DNA from: an uncultured Bacteroidales bacterium | GTDB lineage: Bacteria; Bacteroidota; Bacteroidia; Bacteroidales; WCHB1-69 | DNA: 64,000 bases | NCBI GenBank assembly: GCA_900316305.1 | Contig: ONCM01000003.1 | Location: 4,762 to 68,761 of the forward strand | Direction of reading: 5' to 3' | Shown: piece after piece, positions 18,420-27,432 of the stretch | Layout: every line of letters begins with the position of its first letter | Numbering within the stretch: position 1 is the first letter of the stretch | Notes under the pieces: generated by a model | Database searches by the model: none | What the model was told of the DNA's origin: nothing | What the model saw: the letters and a program-made list of their open reading frames with translations, nothing else | Translations under genes and position numbers: made by a program

Positions 18420-19697
18420 ATGAAGAAATTATTACTCTTTTTCGGTTTATTTTGCATGATAAACCTGACTTTTGCCCAACAGACGGTGATTCTGAATGGA
18501 CATGGAAATCATGATGGTGCAGTCCGCGATGGCGATGATCCCGTTGACGCATCCCTCCCCTTTAGCGACATCCTTTTCTGGGTGGGCAGCGGTTCCGACA
18601 GCGCTGAGTTCATCGTCAACTTTGCGCAACCTGACACCGCATTCGCATGGGGCTTCCTCTTCAACGGCAGCACCACCGCACAAGAGATGGTCAATGCCAT
18701 CGCAGCCGCCGACCCCCGTTTCTGGTCCGAAGGCTCTCCCTCCTCTGGCGGTGACCTCCACTTCGTCCTCTCCAACGGCGACACCCTGGGACTTTCCCCC
18801 GTTGATCCGACTATGGGTTACAACTTCTGGTGGACCAACCTCAACGGTGTTAGCGCAGGTGCCGGTGCAGCTAGCACACTCCATAACGGAGACATATTCA
18901 AATACGGTGACATGAATTCCGCCATCGGCTGGGATTTCCAGTATGGTTATTACATGGAAGAGGCATGGGTCAAGACTCCCACTGCTGTCGCGCCTCCTAC
19001 AGATCCTCTTCCCGATGAGGCCACTATCGCCTTCAGCGAAATCCTCTACTGGGTGGGTGAAGGTTCCAACGAGGCCGTCATGGCCGTCAACTGGGCTGAC
19101 ACTGCTTTGGCATGGGGCTACCGCTGGAACGGCACTGCCACCGTCGCTGACATGATAGCTGACATCGCCGCCGCCGACCCGCGCTTCAGCTACGAACTGG
19201 GCAGCTGGGGTCTCGACGACATCATCTTCGCTGTTGCCGAAGGCGACACCCTCCGCAAAGTTCCCTACAGTTATTGGGAAAGCAAGAACAATGGCTATAC
19301 GGATATGGGTATGGGTCAGACCCTCGCCAACGGTGACTTCGAGAAGTGGGCCGAACCCGCCGCCGGCATCATCGCCGATAGCATGGAATACGATGGTTAC
19401 TGGTACTACACCTACGTCTATCCGATGACCATCAATCCCGTCTCTGTGCCCGAGACAGGCTCAGGCATCGACAATCACGAGATATCCCGCATGTACGCGT
19501 ATCCGAACCCGTGCACGAACACGCTCTACATCACCAACGAGAACGCCGAGCGCATCGAACTGTACAATGCTAACGGCAAACTGTTGGAGGCTGTCGAGAA
19601 CCACGACACGCAAGTGACTCTGAATATGCAACAGTATCCTGCTGGCCTCTATCTGCTGAAAGTCGGCAATGACGTGCAGAAAATCTTGAAGAAATAA
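18420..19697 (+). CDS. T9SS-secreted protein with two transcobalamin/DUF4430-like domains (putative cobamide-binding protein A)
   Basis: Signal peptide, two I.[FY]WVG.GS..A....N[FW] domains and a T9SS type A CTD (YPNP...YNANG...G.YLLKV...KILKK). Riboswitch-controlled. Confidence 0.85.
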   Translation: MKKLLLFFGLFCMINLTFAQQTVILNGHGNHDGAVRDGDDPVDASLPFSDILFWVGSGSDSAEFIVNFAQPDTAFAWGFLFNGSTTAQEMVNAIAAADPRFWSEGSPSSGGDLHFVLSNGDTLGLSPVDPTMGYNFWWTNLNGVSAGAGAASTLHNGDIFKYGDMNSAIGWDFQYGYYMEEAWVKTPTAVAPPTDPLPDEATIAFSEILYWVGEGSNEAVMAVNWADTALAWGYRWNGTATVADMIADIAAADPRFSYELGSWGLDDIIFAVAEGDTLRKVPYSYWESKNNGYTDMGMGQTLANGDFEKWAEPAAGIIADSMEYDGYWYYTYVYPMTINPVSVPETGSGIDNHEISRMYAYPNPCTNTLYITNENAERIELYNANGKLLEAVENHDTQVTLNMQQYPAGLYLLKVGNDVQKILKK

Positions 19698-19720
19698 CCC
19701 TTTTATATTAATGAGTAGCC
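19011..19720 (+). repeat. ~710-bp direct repeat, copy 1 (last domain, CTD and start of the 3' UTR)
   Basis: Near-identical to 25056-25769 in both DNA and protein. Confidence 0.92.
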
Positions 19721-19735
19721 TATCGGCTGAAATGG

Positions 19736-19766
19736 AAACGGCCCCGCGTTTGCGAGGCCGTTTTTT
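19736..19766. terminator. Intrinsic terminator, probably bidirectional
   Basis: AAACGGCCCCGC gttt GCGAGGCCGTTTTTT between convergent genes. Confidence 0.8.
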
Positions 19767-20062
19767 CATTCTTTCTTTTTCCCTTGACCCAATTCCCGGC
19801 GGTTTCGCCCGATATACAAAAAATAGAGCATCAAGTCGATGGCCACCAACGTACCGTTAAAGATGTAGAGCCAGATGACAATGTCGTGGTTATACAACAC
19901 CTTGTGGATGATGCCGAAGATGTACCCTAATACGATCAGGGACATGAAAAGAGGGCTTTTGCCAATCACCACCTTGGTGCGCAAGGATTTGGCAATGGAA
20001 ATCGGCCAGCTGACCGTGAAACAAAGCAGGAAGAGAACTTCCCATATACTAAAATCTGTCAT
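19766..20062 (-). CDS. Small 3-TM PQ-loop/SemiSWEET-like membrane protein
   Basis: 98 aa, CF..SWP.SI.KS.RTK...GKS..F family pattern. Start taken at MTDFS. Confidence 0.7.
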   Translation of the reverse strand: MTDFSIWEVLFLLCFTVSWPISIAKSLRTKVVIGKSPLFMSLIVLGYIFGIIHKVLYNHDIVIWLYIFNGTLVAIDLMLYFLYIGRNRRELGQGKKKE

Positions 20063-20148
20063 AATTTTGATTATTAACAACTTATAAAACATTCGGATTC
20101 CCCCGAATGGGACTGCAAAAATACAAAAAAAAGTGTATTTTTGCCGCC

Positions 20149-20321
20149 GGTTTGGTCGCCCTGACGAAGGGCGCCAAGAGGGAAGCCGGTGCGAGTCCGG
20201 CGCAGTCCCGCTGCTGTAAGCTCCAACGAACTGAAAGCCCAATTTTAACGTCACTGTGTGCTGCCATAAGTACATGGGAAGACAGGGCCGACGGGGAGCA
20301 AGCCAGAATACCTGCCAAACC
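20149..20321 (+). promoter_or_regulatory. Cobalamin riboswitch 3
   Basis: AGAGGGAAGCCGGTGCGAGTCCGG, CCCGCTGCTGTAA, TCACTG..GGGAAG and AAGCCAGAATACCTGCC. P1 is GGTTTGGT/GCCAAACC. Confidence 0.95.
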
Positions 20322-20486
20322 CTGAGAAATCGGTAACGCTTTCGAGGAAAAGCACCCCGAACAAGGACCCGTCAGGTATTCATTACCTCCCCTTTTGTGT
20401 GGTTCGAAGGTTCGCACGCGCCTGTTTCCCAAAAGTTTTTGCCGATATTGGACAGAAATGGTCAAACATTTTTAAACAATATCATT

Positions 20487-23400
20487 ATGGTAAAAAAACT
20501 ACTTGTATTCATCATGGCTCTGGGGCTTGCATTAAACGCCTCAGCCCAATTGACAACCATCGACCCGAATGATGTCCAATTCTGGACCGGCACCGGCAGC
20601 AACAGCACGGTCGTCGCCATCGGTTGGGACGATGATTCAGCTCCTTACACGCCCACCGTGGTGATCTGGGGCGTGCGCTGGGAAGGCAGTATCTACCTTG
20701 TCAACGCATTGGACACCATCGCCGCCTACGACAGTCGCTTTTCCTACGTGATGGGCGGCAGTGGATTCCTGACATCGCTCTATTACAACGACCCGGACGA
20801 AGGCCTTGTGCTGACCCCTTCGGGAGGATTTAACTGCAACAATTACGGCGGAGCTTATGGCTCAACTACACTCAATAGCACGCACTTGCGGATTACCGAA
20901 TCCACATGCAGCAACTACAACTTTGCCGGTGTGACCAACATTGTCTATGCTGTCGACCCCAACGCCGTAACCTCCTGTCCCAAGGCGCAAAGCGTTAGCA
21001 TTTCAGATCTTACCGCCTATAGCGCCACGGTAAACATCACCGACACCACCAATTTGAATAACTATACAGTAATGCTTTTTGAAGGCGACTCGCTGATTGA
21101 CAGCGTCGTCATCTACACCCAGACCATCTCCTACTCTACCCTTACCGCCAACACCGGCTACACGGTGAAGGTCTTCTCCAACTGCTCCGACGGCACGCAG
21201 ACCACAGCCCGCAGCGCCAGCTTCCGCACTCCGTGCGTAGAAGTGGCTCACACCGAACTTCCGTGGACGGAAGATTTTCAGTCTTACAATGGCCTGTCTT
21301 ATGCGTCCGCGTCGGTCTCCTTCGCCAGCCAAGTATTCTGCTGGGATCTGATTAACCCCTACAGCACCTCCGATCCCTATATCAACAACTCTTCCTCGGT
21401 CAATGTGAGCGGCGGCAAATGCCTCTACGTGAGCAGCCGTCCCACAAGTCCGACCATTCTGGTGCTGCCGCCGTTTGAGGACACCCCCAACCAGTTGCGC
21501 CTCCAATTCGACGTGCTCTCCACCTACGGACACGGCTTCGAAGCGGGTGTCATCACCGATGTGACGGATGAAACCTCCTTCACCCCCATCGCTACCTGTC
21601 TGCCAACCAACAGCGGTTGGAACCACTTTGAGGTTTCCTTCGCTGGCTTCACCTCCGGCAGAATCGCCCTCCGTTCCAACGACAACGGTCCCGCCTATCT
21701 CGACAATATGATGGTGGATGAAGTACCTTCCTGCGTGAAACCTTCTCAGGTGATTGTCTCTAACATTGATGTCTATTCAGCTGACATCACGATCACCGAT
21801 CCCAATAATACTAATCATTATATGGTATATGCCGCCGAAGATAGCGTAGAAATCTATAGTGACAGCTACACTCTCACCAACCTGCAGCCCAACACGCTCT
21901 ATGTGGTGGGTGTGCGCACCATCTGCAGCGACAACACCATTACAAACGCTACCGAAACCTCCTTCCGCACCGGCTGTGGCCCGATTGCCATCCCCTATCA
22001 TGAGGATTTCAGCCAGTTTGCGGATTTGTCCAACGGCTACGGCTACGCAGTGACCGACAGCACCCTACCCTGCTGGGGCTTCTTCAAATCACGTGCGCTC
22101 GACCGTCTGGAGCTCTTCCCCTACACGTCCACTTACGGCTATGGCGAGGATGGCTACACCTTGCGCATCTATTCCAACAATTCCAACTCTATTGATATTC
22201 TGATGCTTCCCGAACTTGCTCAAGCAACCAATACGTTGGAAATCAGCTTTATGACCCGTCCTTCCGAAACCGGCTCTTTTGGCGGTATTTTGGAAGTGGG
22301 CTATATGACCGATCCCACCGACACAGCCAGTTTTGTCGCGGTGACCAGCTATAGCTGTGGCCAGTTCACCAACGGCTACGACCTGCGTGCCGTCACCTTG
22401 AGCAATGCACCCGCCAATGCCCGCATCGCGATACGCACAATCCCCACTGGCGGTTCCGCCAAATCTTGGTACATCGATGACCTCGACGTTCACGACATGC
22501 CCGCCTGCGCCCGCGCCAACGGCATCAGCGTGGATAATATCACCACCGACGGCTTCACTCTTCACGTGGACGACCCCACCTTGGTGAACAACTATCGTTA
22601 CTATATCAGCTCAGAAAATAGCGTTGATAGCGCCGACTTCTACGACACAGTGGTTATCGTCAACGGTTTGGCCGCTTCTACGGACTTCGAACTCACTGTA
22701 GTCTCTATCTGTCCCGATGGTACTTTCACTTTGCCTCACACCATTTCGGTCAGCACCCTCTGTGCGCCCGTGCCCGATGTTCCCTTCGTGGAAAACTTCG
22801 AAAGCTGGACGGCCACTCAGTCGGAGGGCATGAACCGTTGCTGGAACCGTCTGTACTGTAACTCATCCAGCAGCTTGGTTACCAACAACTATCCTTATTG
22901 TGCCAGTGGTAGTGGCAATGCCTACAACGGCTTCAAGTCACTCAAGATGTACTCCAAAGGAACTACCAGTGCCATCAAAGAATACTCCGTGGCTTATCTG
23001 CCTGAGTTTACGGCTAATATGAACACCCTGAAAGTAAGTTTCTTCTACAAATATGGTGGCAGCACCACCAATATGAACAAGGTGCGTATCGCTGTTGGTA
23101 TCAGCGAAGACGTGACCGACACCACCACTTTCACCCGTTTGGCCACCCTCACCCCGACCGTCATCGGTTGGAACGAGTTTGAGGTGGAATTCAGCGGCTA
23201 CACCGGCAACGGCAACCGCATCACCATCATGCAGACCAGCACCGGCACCACCGCCATCACCAGCTACATCGACAGCGTGGTGGTGGACACCGTCAGCAGC
23301 TGCAACCGTCCTACCACTTTTGAAGTGTCCAACATCTCCGCTTACGGCGCTACCCTTACCTGGACCGATCCCGGCACGGCAGACTCCTACATCGTGCGCT

Positions 23401-25745
23401 GGACCGACGGCACTACGACCGACAGCGTCATCGTCACCAACGACACCCTCTACGAACTCAGTAGTCTGTTGCCCAGCACCACCTATTCTGTGGATATCCG
23501 CAGTATCTGTTGGGGCGAACCCACCAATGCCCGCACGCTGACCTTCGCCACTTCCTGTGCTCCCATGCCGCTGCCGTGGAGCATGGACTTCGAAAACATC
23601 ACGAATATTAACCAACTCTCTTCCTGCTGGAACAGATATAGCGGTATTTATGTTGACTCTACCAACAGTGCTACGCTGACCTCCACTTCCAGCGGTTGGG
23701 CACGTTCCAACACTGCTTTTGACGGATCGTCACATGTGAAAGTCAACATCTATGGAACTTCATGCAAGTATTGGTTAGTGACTCCTGAAATTGATCTCAC
23801 TGCGAATGCCGAGCTGACCTTCGACTATATGTTCACCGCTTACAACAATGCCAACGCTCCTCAAACAGGATCCGGCCTTGATGATGACCGTTTCATCGTG
23901 CTCGCCACCACCGACAACGGCACCAGCTGGACTCCTATTGCCAAGTGGGGTAACGACACCGTCAACCGCGATGATTACTACCTTGCCGATGTTACCAACA
24001 CCGTATCCAATATCACCCTCTCTTTGGCTGATTTCACCGGACAAGTTGTTCGACTGGCCTTCTACGGCGAAAGTACTGTCGGCGGCACCGACAACGATTT
24101 CCGCATCGACAATATCGTAGTGGCATTGGCAGCCGACACTACCTCCACTCCCGACACTATCCCCACGCCTCCTCCTACCCCTGAAGATGCCACCATCTCC
24201 GCTAATGACATTATCTACTGGATTGGCAGTGGTGACGAAAGCGCCATCTTCGTACTCAACATTGACACTACTTCAGTGGCTTGGGGTTATCACTTTGATG
24301 CGGATGATGAACCCACGATTGACGATATGATCGCCGACATTGATGCCGCTGACCCGCGTTTGGCCTACACTGTCAGCTATGAAACATACGAATACACTTT
24401 CTATTATGTCAATCACCCGCTCAAACTCATCGGCGACAACTTCCGTTTCAAAGTGAATGGCTCGTTGGCTTCCGCCCTTGAAGAGTTTGAAGACTATGAC
24501 CTTGCCGACAGCATGATCGTTGTGGTCAGCACGTTGGCAGGTGATGTCTGGAACACGCCTATTGTTCCTGCAACCGTGGCTACCATGCCGGTAGATGCTA
24601 CCATCTCCGCTGAGGAAATCCTCTATTGGGTCGGTGAAGGCAGCAACGAGGCCGTCATCGCTATCAACTGGGGCGTTCCCGACACTGCACTGGCTTGGGG
24701 TTTGCGTTTCAACGGCAATCTGACCGTGACCACCGCTTTGCAGGCGCTCGTTGCCGGTGAAAGCCGTCTCACGACCAACACCGCCATGTCCACCTTCGAC
24801 TACAATGATGGGACGGTCAACCTCAGCTTCCAGAATAATCCTAACAACTTCATGCAGTTCATCCTCAACGGCAACTCACAGGCTGGTCTGTCCAGTCCGG
24901 TGACCGACGGTGCTTTCCTCAAGGTAGGTGAATCCGCTTACGGTATCGGTTACGACTCCACCGCATACGCCGGTATGTGGTATCCGTCGGGCGTGGCATG
25001 GCCGACCACCATTCATCCTGTTACAGCTCCCGACACCACACCTATAATCCCCGTCCCCGAAGAGGCCACTATCGCTTTCAGCGAAATCCTCTACTGGGTG
25101 GGTGAAGGTTCCAACGAGGCCGTCATGGCTGTCAACTGGGCCGACACTGCTTTGGCTTGGGGTTACCGCTGGAACGGCACTGCCACTGTCGCCGACATGA
25201 TGGCCGATATCGCCGCCGCCGACCCGCGCTTCAGCTACGAACTGGGCAGCTGGGGTCTCGACGACATCCTCTTCATTGTTGCCGAAGGCGACACCCTCCG
25301 CAAGGTTCCCTACAGCTATTGGGAAAGCAAGAACAATGGCTATATGGATATGGGTATGGATCAGACCCTCGCTAACGGTGACTTCGAGAAATGGGCCGAA
25401 CCCGCTGCCGGCGTTATTGTCGATAGCATGGAATACGAGGGTTACTGGTACTACACCTACGTCTATCCGATGACCATCAATCCTGTTTCTGTGCCCGACA
25501 CCATCCACGACGGCATCGATGACCACGAGATGTCCCGCGTGTACGCCTACCCGAACCCGTGCACGAACACGCTTTACATCACCAACGAGAACGCCGAGCG
25601 CATCGAACTGTACAATGCTAACGGCAAACTGCTGGAGGCCATCGAAAACCGCGACACGCAAGTGACTCTGAATATGCAACAGTATCCTGCTGGCCTCTAT
25701 CTGCTGAAAGTCGGCAACGGCGTGCAGAAGATTCTGAAGAAATAA
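20487..25745 (+). CDS. 1752-aa T9SS surface protein: transcobalamin-like domain, 4x (FN3 + jelly-roll/cleaved-adhesin-like), 3 transcobalamin-like domains, CTD (putative cobamide-binding protein B)
   Basis: Signal peptide. Four FN3-like units bounded by C..P and F.T.C, each followed by a P[WYF].E[DN]F...ID[DN] module. Four I.[FY]W.G.G domains. T9SS CTD. Confidence 0.88.
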   Translation: MVKKLLVFIMALGLALNASAQLTTIDPNDVQFWTGTGSNSTVVAIGWDDDSAPYTPTVVIWGVRWEGSIYLVNALDTIAAYDSRFSYVMGGSGFLTSLYYNDPDEGLVLTPSGGFNCNNYGGAYGSTTLNSTHLRITESTCSNYNFAGVTNIVYAVDPNAVTSCPKAQSVSISDLTAYSATVNITDTTNLNNYTVMLFEGDSLIDSVVIYTQTISYSTLTANTGYTVKVFSNCSDGTQTTARSASFRTPCVEVAHTELPWTEDFQSYNGLSYASASVSFASQVFCWDLINPYSTSDPYINNSSSVNVSGGKCLYVSSRPTSPTILVLPPFEDTPNQLRLQFDVLSTYGHGFEAGVITDVTDETSFTPIATCLPTNSGWNHFEVSFAGFTSGRIALRSNDNGPAYLDNMMVDEVPSCVKPSQVIVSNIDVYSADITITDPNNTNHYMVYAAEDSVEIYSDSYTLTNLQPNTLYVVGVRTICSDNTITNATETSFRTGCGPIAIPYHEDFSQFADLSNGYGYAVTDSTLPCWGFFKSRALDRLELFPYTSTYGYGEDGYTLRIYSNNSNSIDILMLPELAQATNTLEISFMTRPSETGSFGGILEVGYMTDPTDTASFVAVTSYSCGQFTNGYDLRAVTLSNAPANARIAIRTIPTGGSAKSWYIDDLDVHDMPACARANGISVDNITTDGFTLHVDDPTLVNNYRYYISSENSVDSADFYDTVVIVNGLAASTDFELTVVSICPDGTFTLPHTISVSTLCAPVPDVPFVENFESWTATQSEGMNRCWNRLYCNSSSSLVTNNYPYCASGSGNAYNGFKSLKMYSKGTTSAIKEYSVAYLPEFTANMNTLKVSFFYKYGGSTTNMNKVRIAVGISEDVTDTTTFTRLATLTPTVIGWNEFEVEFSGYTGNGNRITIMQTSTGTTAITSYIDSVVVDTVSSCNRPTTFEVSNISAYGATLTWTDPGTADSYIVRWTDGTTTDSVIVTNDTLYELSSLLPSTTYSVDIRSICWGEPTNARTLTFATSCAPMPLPWSMDFENITNINQLSSCWNRYSGIYVDSTNSATLTSTSSGWARSNTAFDGSSHVKVNIYGTSCKYWLVTPEIDLTANAELTFDYMFTAYNNANAPQTGSGLDDDRFIVLATTDNGTSWTPIAKWGNDTVNRDDYYLADVTNTVSNITLSLADFTGQVVRLAFYGESTVGGTDNDFRIDNIVVALAADTTSTPDTIPTPPPTPEDATISANDIIYWIGSGDESAIFVLNIDTTSVAWGYHFDADDEPTIDDMIADIDAADPRLAYTVSYETYEYTFYYVNHPLKLIGDNFRFKVNGSLASALEEFEDYDLADSMIVVVSTLAGDVWNTPIVPATVATMPVDATISAEEILYWVGEGSNEAVIAINWGVPDTALAWGLRFNGNLTVTTALQALVAGESRLTTNTAMSTFDYNDGTVNLSFQNNPNNFMQFILNGNSQAGLSSPVTDGAFLKVGESAYGIGYDSTAYAGMWYPSGVAWPTTIHPVTAPDTTPIIPVPEEATIAFSEILYWVGEGSNEAVMAVNWADTALAWGYRWNGTATVADMMADIAAADPRFSYELGSWGLDDILFIVAEGDTLRKVPYSYWESKNNGYMDMGMDQTLANGDFEKWAEPAAGVIVDSMEYEGYWYYTYVYPMTINPVSVPDTIHDGIDDHEMSRVYAYPNPCTNTLYITNENAERIELYNANGKLLEAIENRDTQVTLNMQQYPAGLYLLKVGNGVQKILKK

Positions 25746-25769
25746 CCCCTTTTATATTAATGAGTTGCC
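25056..25769 (+). repeat. ~710-bp direct repeat, copy 2
   Basis: Matches 19011-19720. Confidence 0.92.
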
Positions 25770-25800
25770 GGTCTTTGGGATGATGTAACCGGTTAAAGAA

Positions 25801-25833
25801 GGAAACGGCTCCGCAATGTCGGGGCTGTTTCCT
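25801..25833 (+). terminator. Intrinsic terminator
   Basis: GGAAACGGCTCCG caatgt CGGGGCTGTTTCC hairpin after protein B, related to those at 19736 and 27027. Confidence 0.7.
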
Positions 25834-25896
25834 GTTTGAAAACTATCAAATACAAAATTACGCGTCACTATAATCCTAATATAACCGAAAAAATCC

Positions 25897-25962
25897 TATT
25901 TTTGCCACTACAAAGTGGTGTGGATATGCATTTATGATATTTTTTAACAAACAAAATAAATT
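25897..25962 (+). promoter_or_regulatory. -7 promoter and short leader homologous to the riboswitch leaders but lacking the aptamer
   Basis: TATTTTTG, then CAAAGTGGTG and GGATATGCATTTATG, which match the two ends of the riboswitch-1 leader (2456-2465 and 2721-2736). Confidence 0.7.
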
Positions 25963-27021
25963 ATGAAGAAATTATTACTCTTTTTCGGTTTATTCTGCAT
26001 GATAAACCTGATTTTTGCCCAAGAGATGGATCATCTAATTGGCCATGATTCCGTTGTCACTACTTATCCTGATTCCATCTTGAATACGATTTTGGATTCC
26101 GAACCTGGTCCTTTCTGCGGCCCTGTCGGCTCTGAAGGCTGCAACGCCATCGCCGCCAATGACAACCAAATTGTGGCTTGGGCTACTGGAGTGGAACTTA
26201 CCCGTGGACCGTATATGATCACCAACCCGGAAGGTCCGTATGCCTACTTCGGCGGTGACACCAACGCCATCGGACCGGCTACCATGGACAACACCATGGA
26301 TGCCGTCAGTCTCGGCGACGGCGGTTCCGCGCTGGTCACCTTCGACCGTCCCATCAGTAACGGCGAAGGTCCTGACTTTGCCGTATTCGAGAACTCCTTC
26401 AACGACACCTTCCTCGAACTGGCCTTTGTGGAGGTAAGCTCCGACGGCGTGCATTTCGTGCGCTTCCCAGCCACCTCACTCACCCCGACCGACGAGCAGG
26501 TGAGCGGTGCTGTAGGCGGCGTGGATGCCACCAACCTCAACAACCTGGCCGGCAAGTTCCGCATCGGCTACGGCACCCCGTTTGATCTCGAAGAGCTGCG
26601 CGACAGTGCCAACCTCAACATTGACAGCATCGTCTATGTGCGTATCATCGATGTGGTGGGCACCATCGACCCGCAGTACGCCACCTACGACGCTTTCGGA
26701 CACATCGTCAACGACCCTTGGCCGACCAACTTCTGGAGCTGCGGCTACGACCTCACTGGCGTGGGCGTCATTCACCAAAAGACCGTCGGCATTGGCAACC
26801 ACGAAATGGCTCGCGTGTATGCCTATCCGAACCCCTGCAATAGCACGCTCTACATCATCAACGAGAACGCCGAACGCATCGAACTCTACAACACCAATGG
26901 CCAACTACTTGAAACAATAAATAACGGCGACACACAAGTGACTCTCAACATGCAACAATATCCCTCTGGTCTTTATCTGCTGAAAGTCGGCAACGGCGTA
27001 CAGAAGATTCTGAAGAAATAA
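25963..27021 (+). CDS. T9SS-secreted protein with a BtuH-like domain (putative cobamide-binding protein C)
   Basis: VSLGDGG....TFD.PI.NG.GPDFAVFEN.F..ELAFVEVS.DG and FDL..VRI.D..G.DL.GV pattern. Signal peptide almost identical to protein A. T9SS CTD. Confidence 0.75.
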   Translation: MKKLLLFFGLFCMINLIFAQEMDHLIGHDSVVTTYPDSILNTILDSEPGPFCGPVGSEGCNAIAANDNQIVAWATGVELTRGPYMITNPEGPYAYFGGDTNAIGPATMDNTMDAVSLGDGGSALVTFDRPISNGEGPDFAVFENSFNDTFLELAFVEVSSDGVHFVRFPATSLTPTDEQVSGAVGGVDATNLNNLAGKFRIGYGTPFDLEELRDSANLNIDSIVYVRIIDVVGTIDPQYATYDAFGHIVNDPWPTNFWSCGYDLTGVGVIHQKTVGIGNHEMARVYAYPNPCNSTLYIINENAERIELYNTNGQLLETINNGDTQVTLNMQQYPSGLYLLKVGNGVQKILKK

Positions 27022-27026
27022 ATAGG

Positions 27027-27059
27027 AAACGGCCCCGCAATCGCGAGGCCGTTTTTTTT
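27027..27059 (+). terminator. Intrinsic terminator
   Basis: AAACGGCCCCGC aatc GCGAGGCCGTTTTTTTT. Confidence 0.85.
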
Positions 27060-27284
27060 ATCAATGTGTCGGTTCCTATTCCCACCCCCGCGTGCGGAAC
27101 GCACGCCATCTTAGTAACCCCACATCAGGCGCCAGCCGCAGTGTGGGGTAGGCGTATGCAGCGCAACAAAAAATTTTGCGCACCGTATTATTTTTTGTAT
27201 CTTTGCACCGTCAACTCGAGGACATGTTTTGTCGCAAGATTGGCGGATTTTTATTGAATAAAACGAAGCGTTATGCTCGTCTTG

Positions 27285-27432
27285 CTAATGGAAACGTGAG
27301 AAATTTCCCGAATAATGATGCAAGAGAGTGTGATGGCTTACGCGAATAGCGTGGGCTGAATCCACATCTGCATCATTAGGTTTTCTCACGACCTCCATTA
27401 GAAGAAGTGGTATACAGTGCCACGCTTCTTTT
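27285..27432 (+). ncRNA. Candidate structured leader RNA (long interrupted hairpin plus a terminator-like hairpin)
   Basis: Nested pairings CTAATGGA/TCCATTAG, CGTGAGAAA/TTTCTCACG, TAATGATGCA/TGCATCATTA and GCTTACGC/GCGTGGGC. Downstream of promoter TATCTTTG at 27198. Confidence 0.55.

Noticed and set aside
19011-25769. Diversity-generating retroelement template/variable repeat pair
   Set aside because: No reverse transcriptase in the window, both copies are coding, and the differences are not confined to adenines.
27070-27165. Small GC-rich hairpins after the terminator (GCGTGCG-gaa-CGCACGC; CCCCACA...TGTGGGG)
   Set aside because: Single occurrence in the window. Probably a degenerate REP-like relic, with too little evidence to call.
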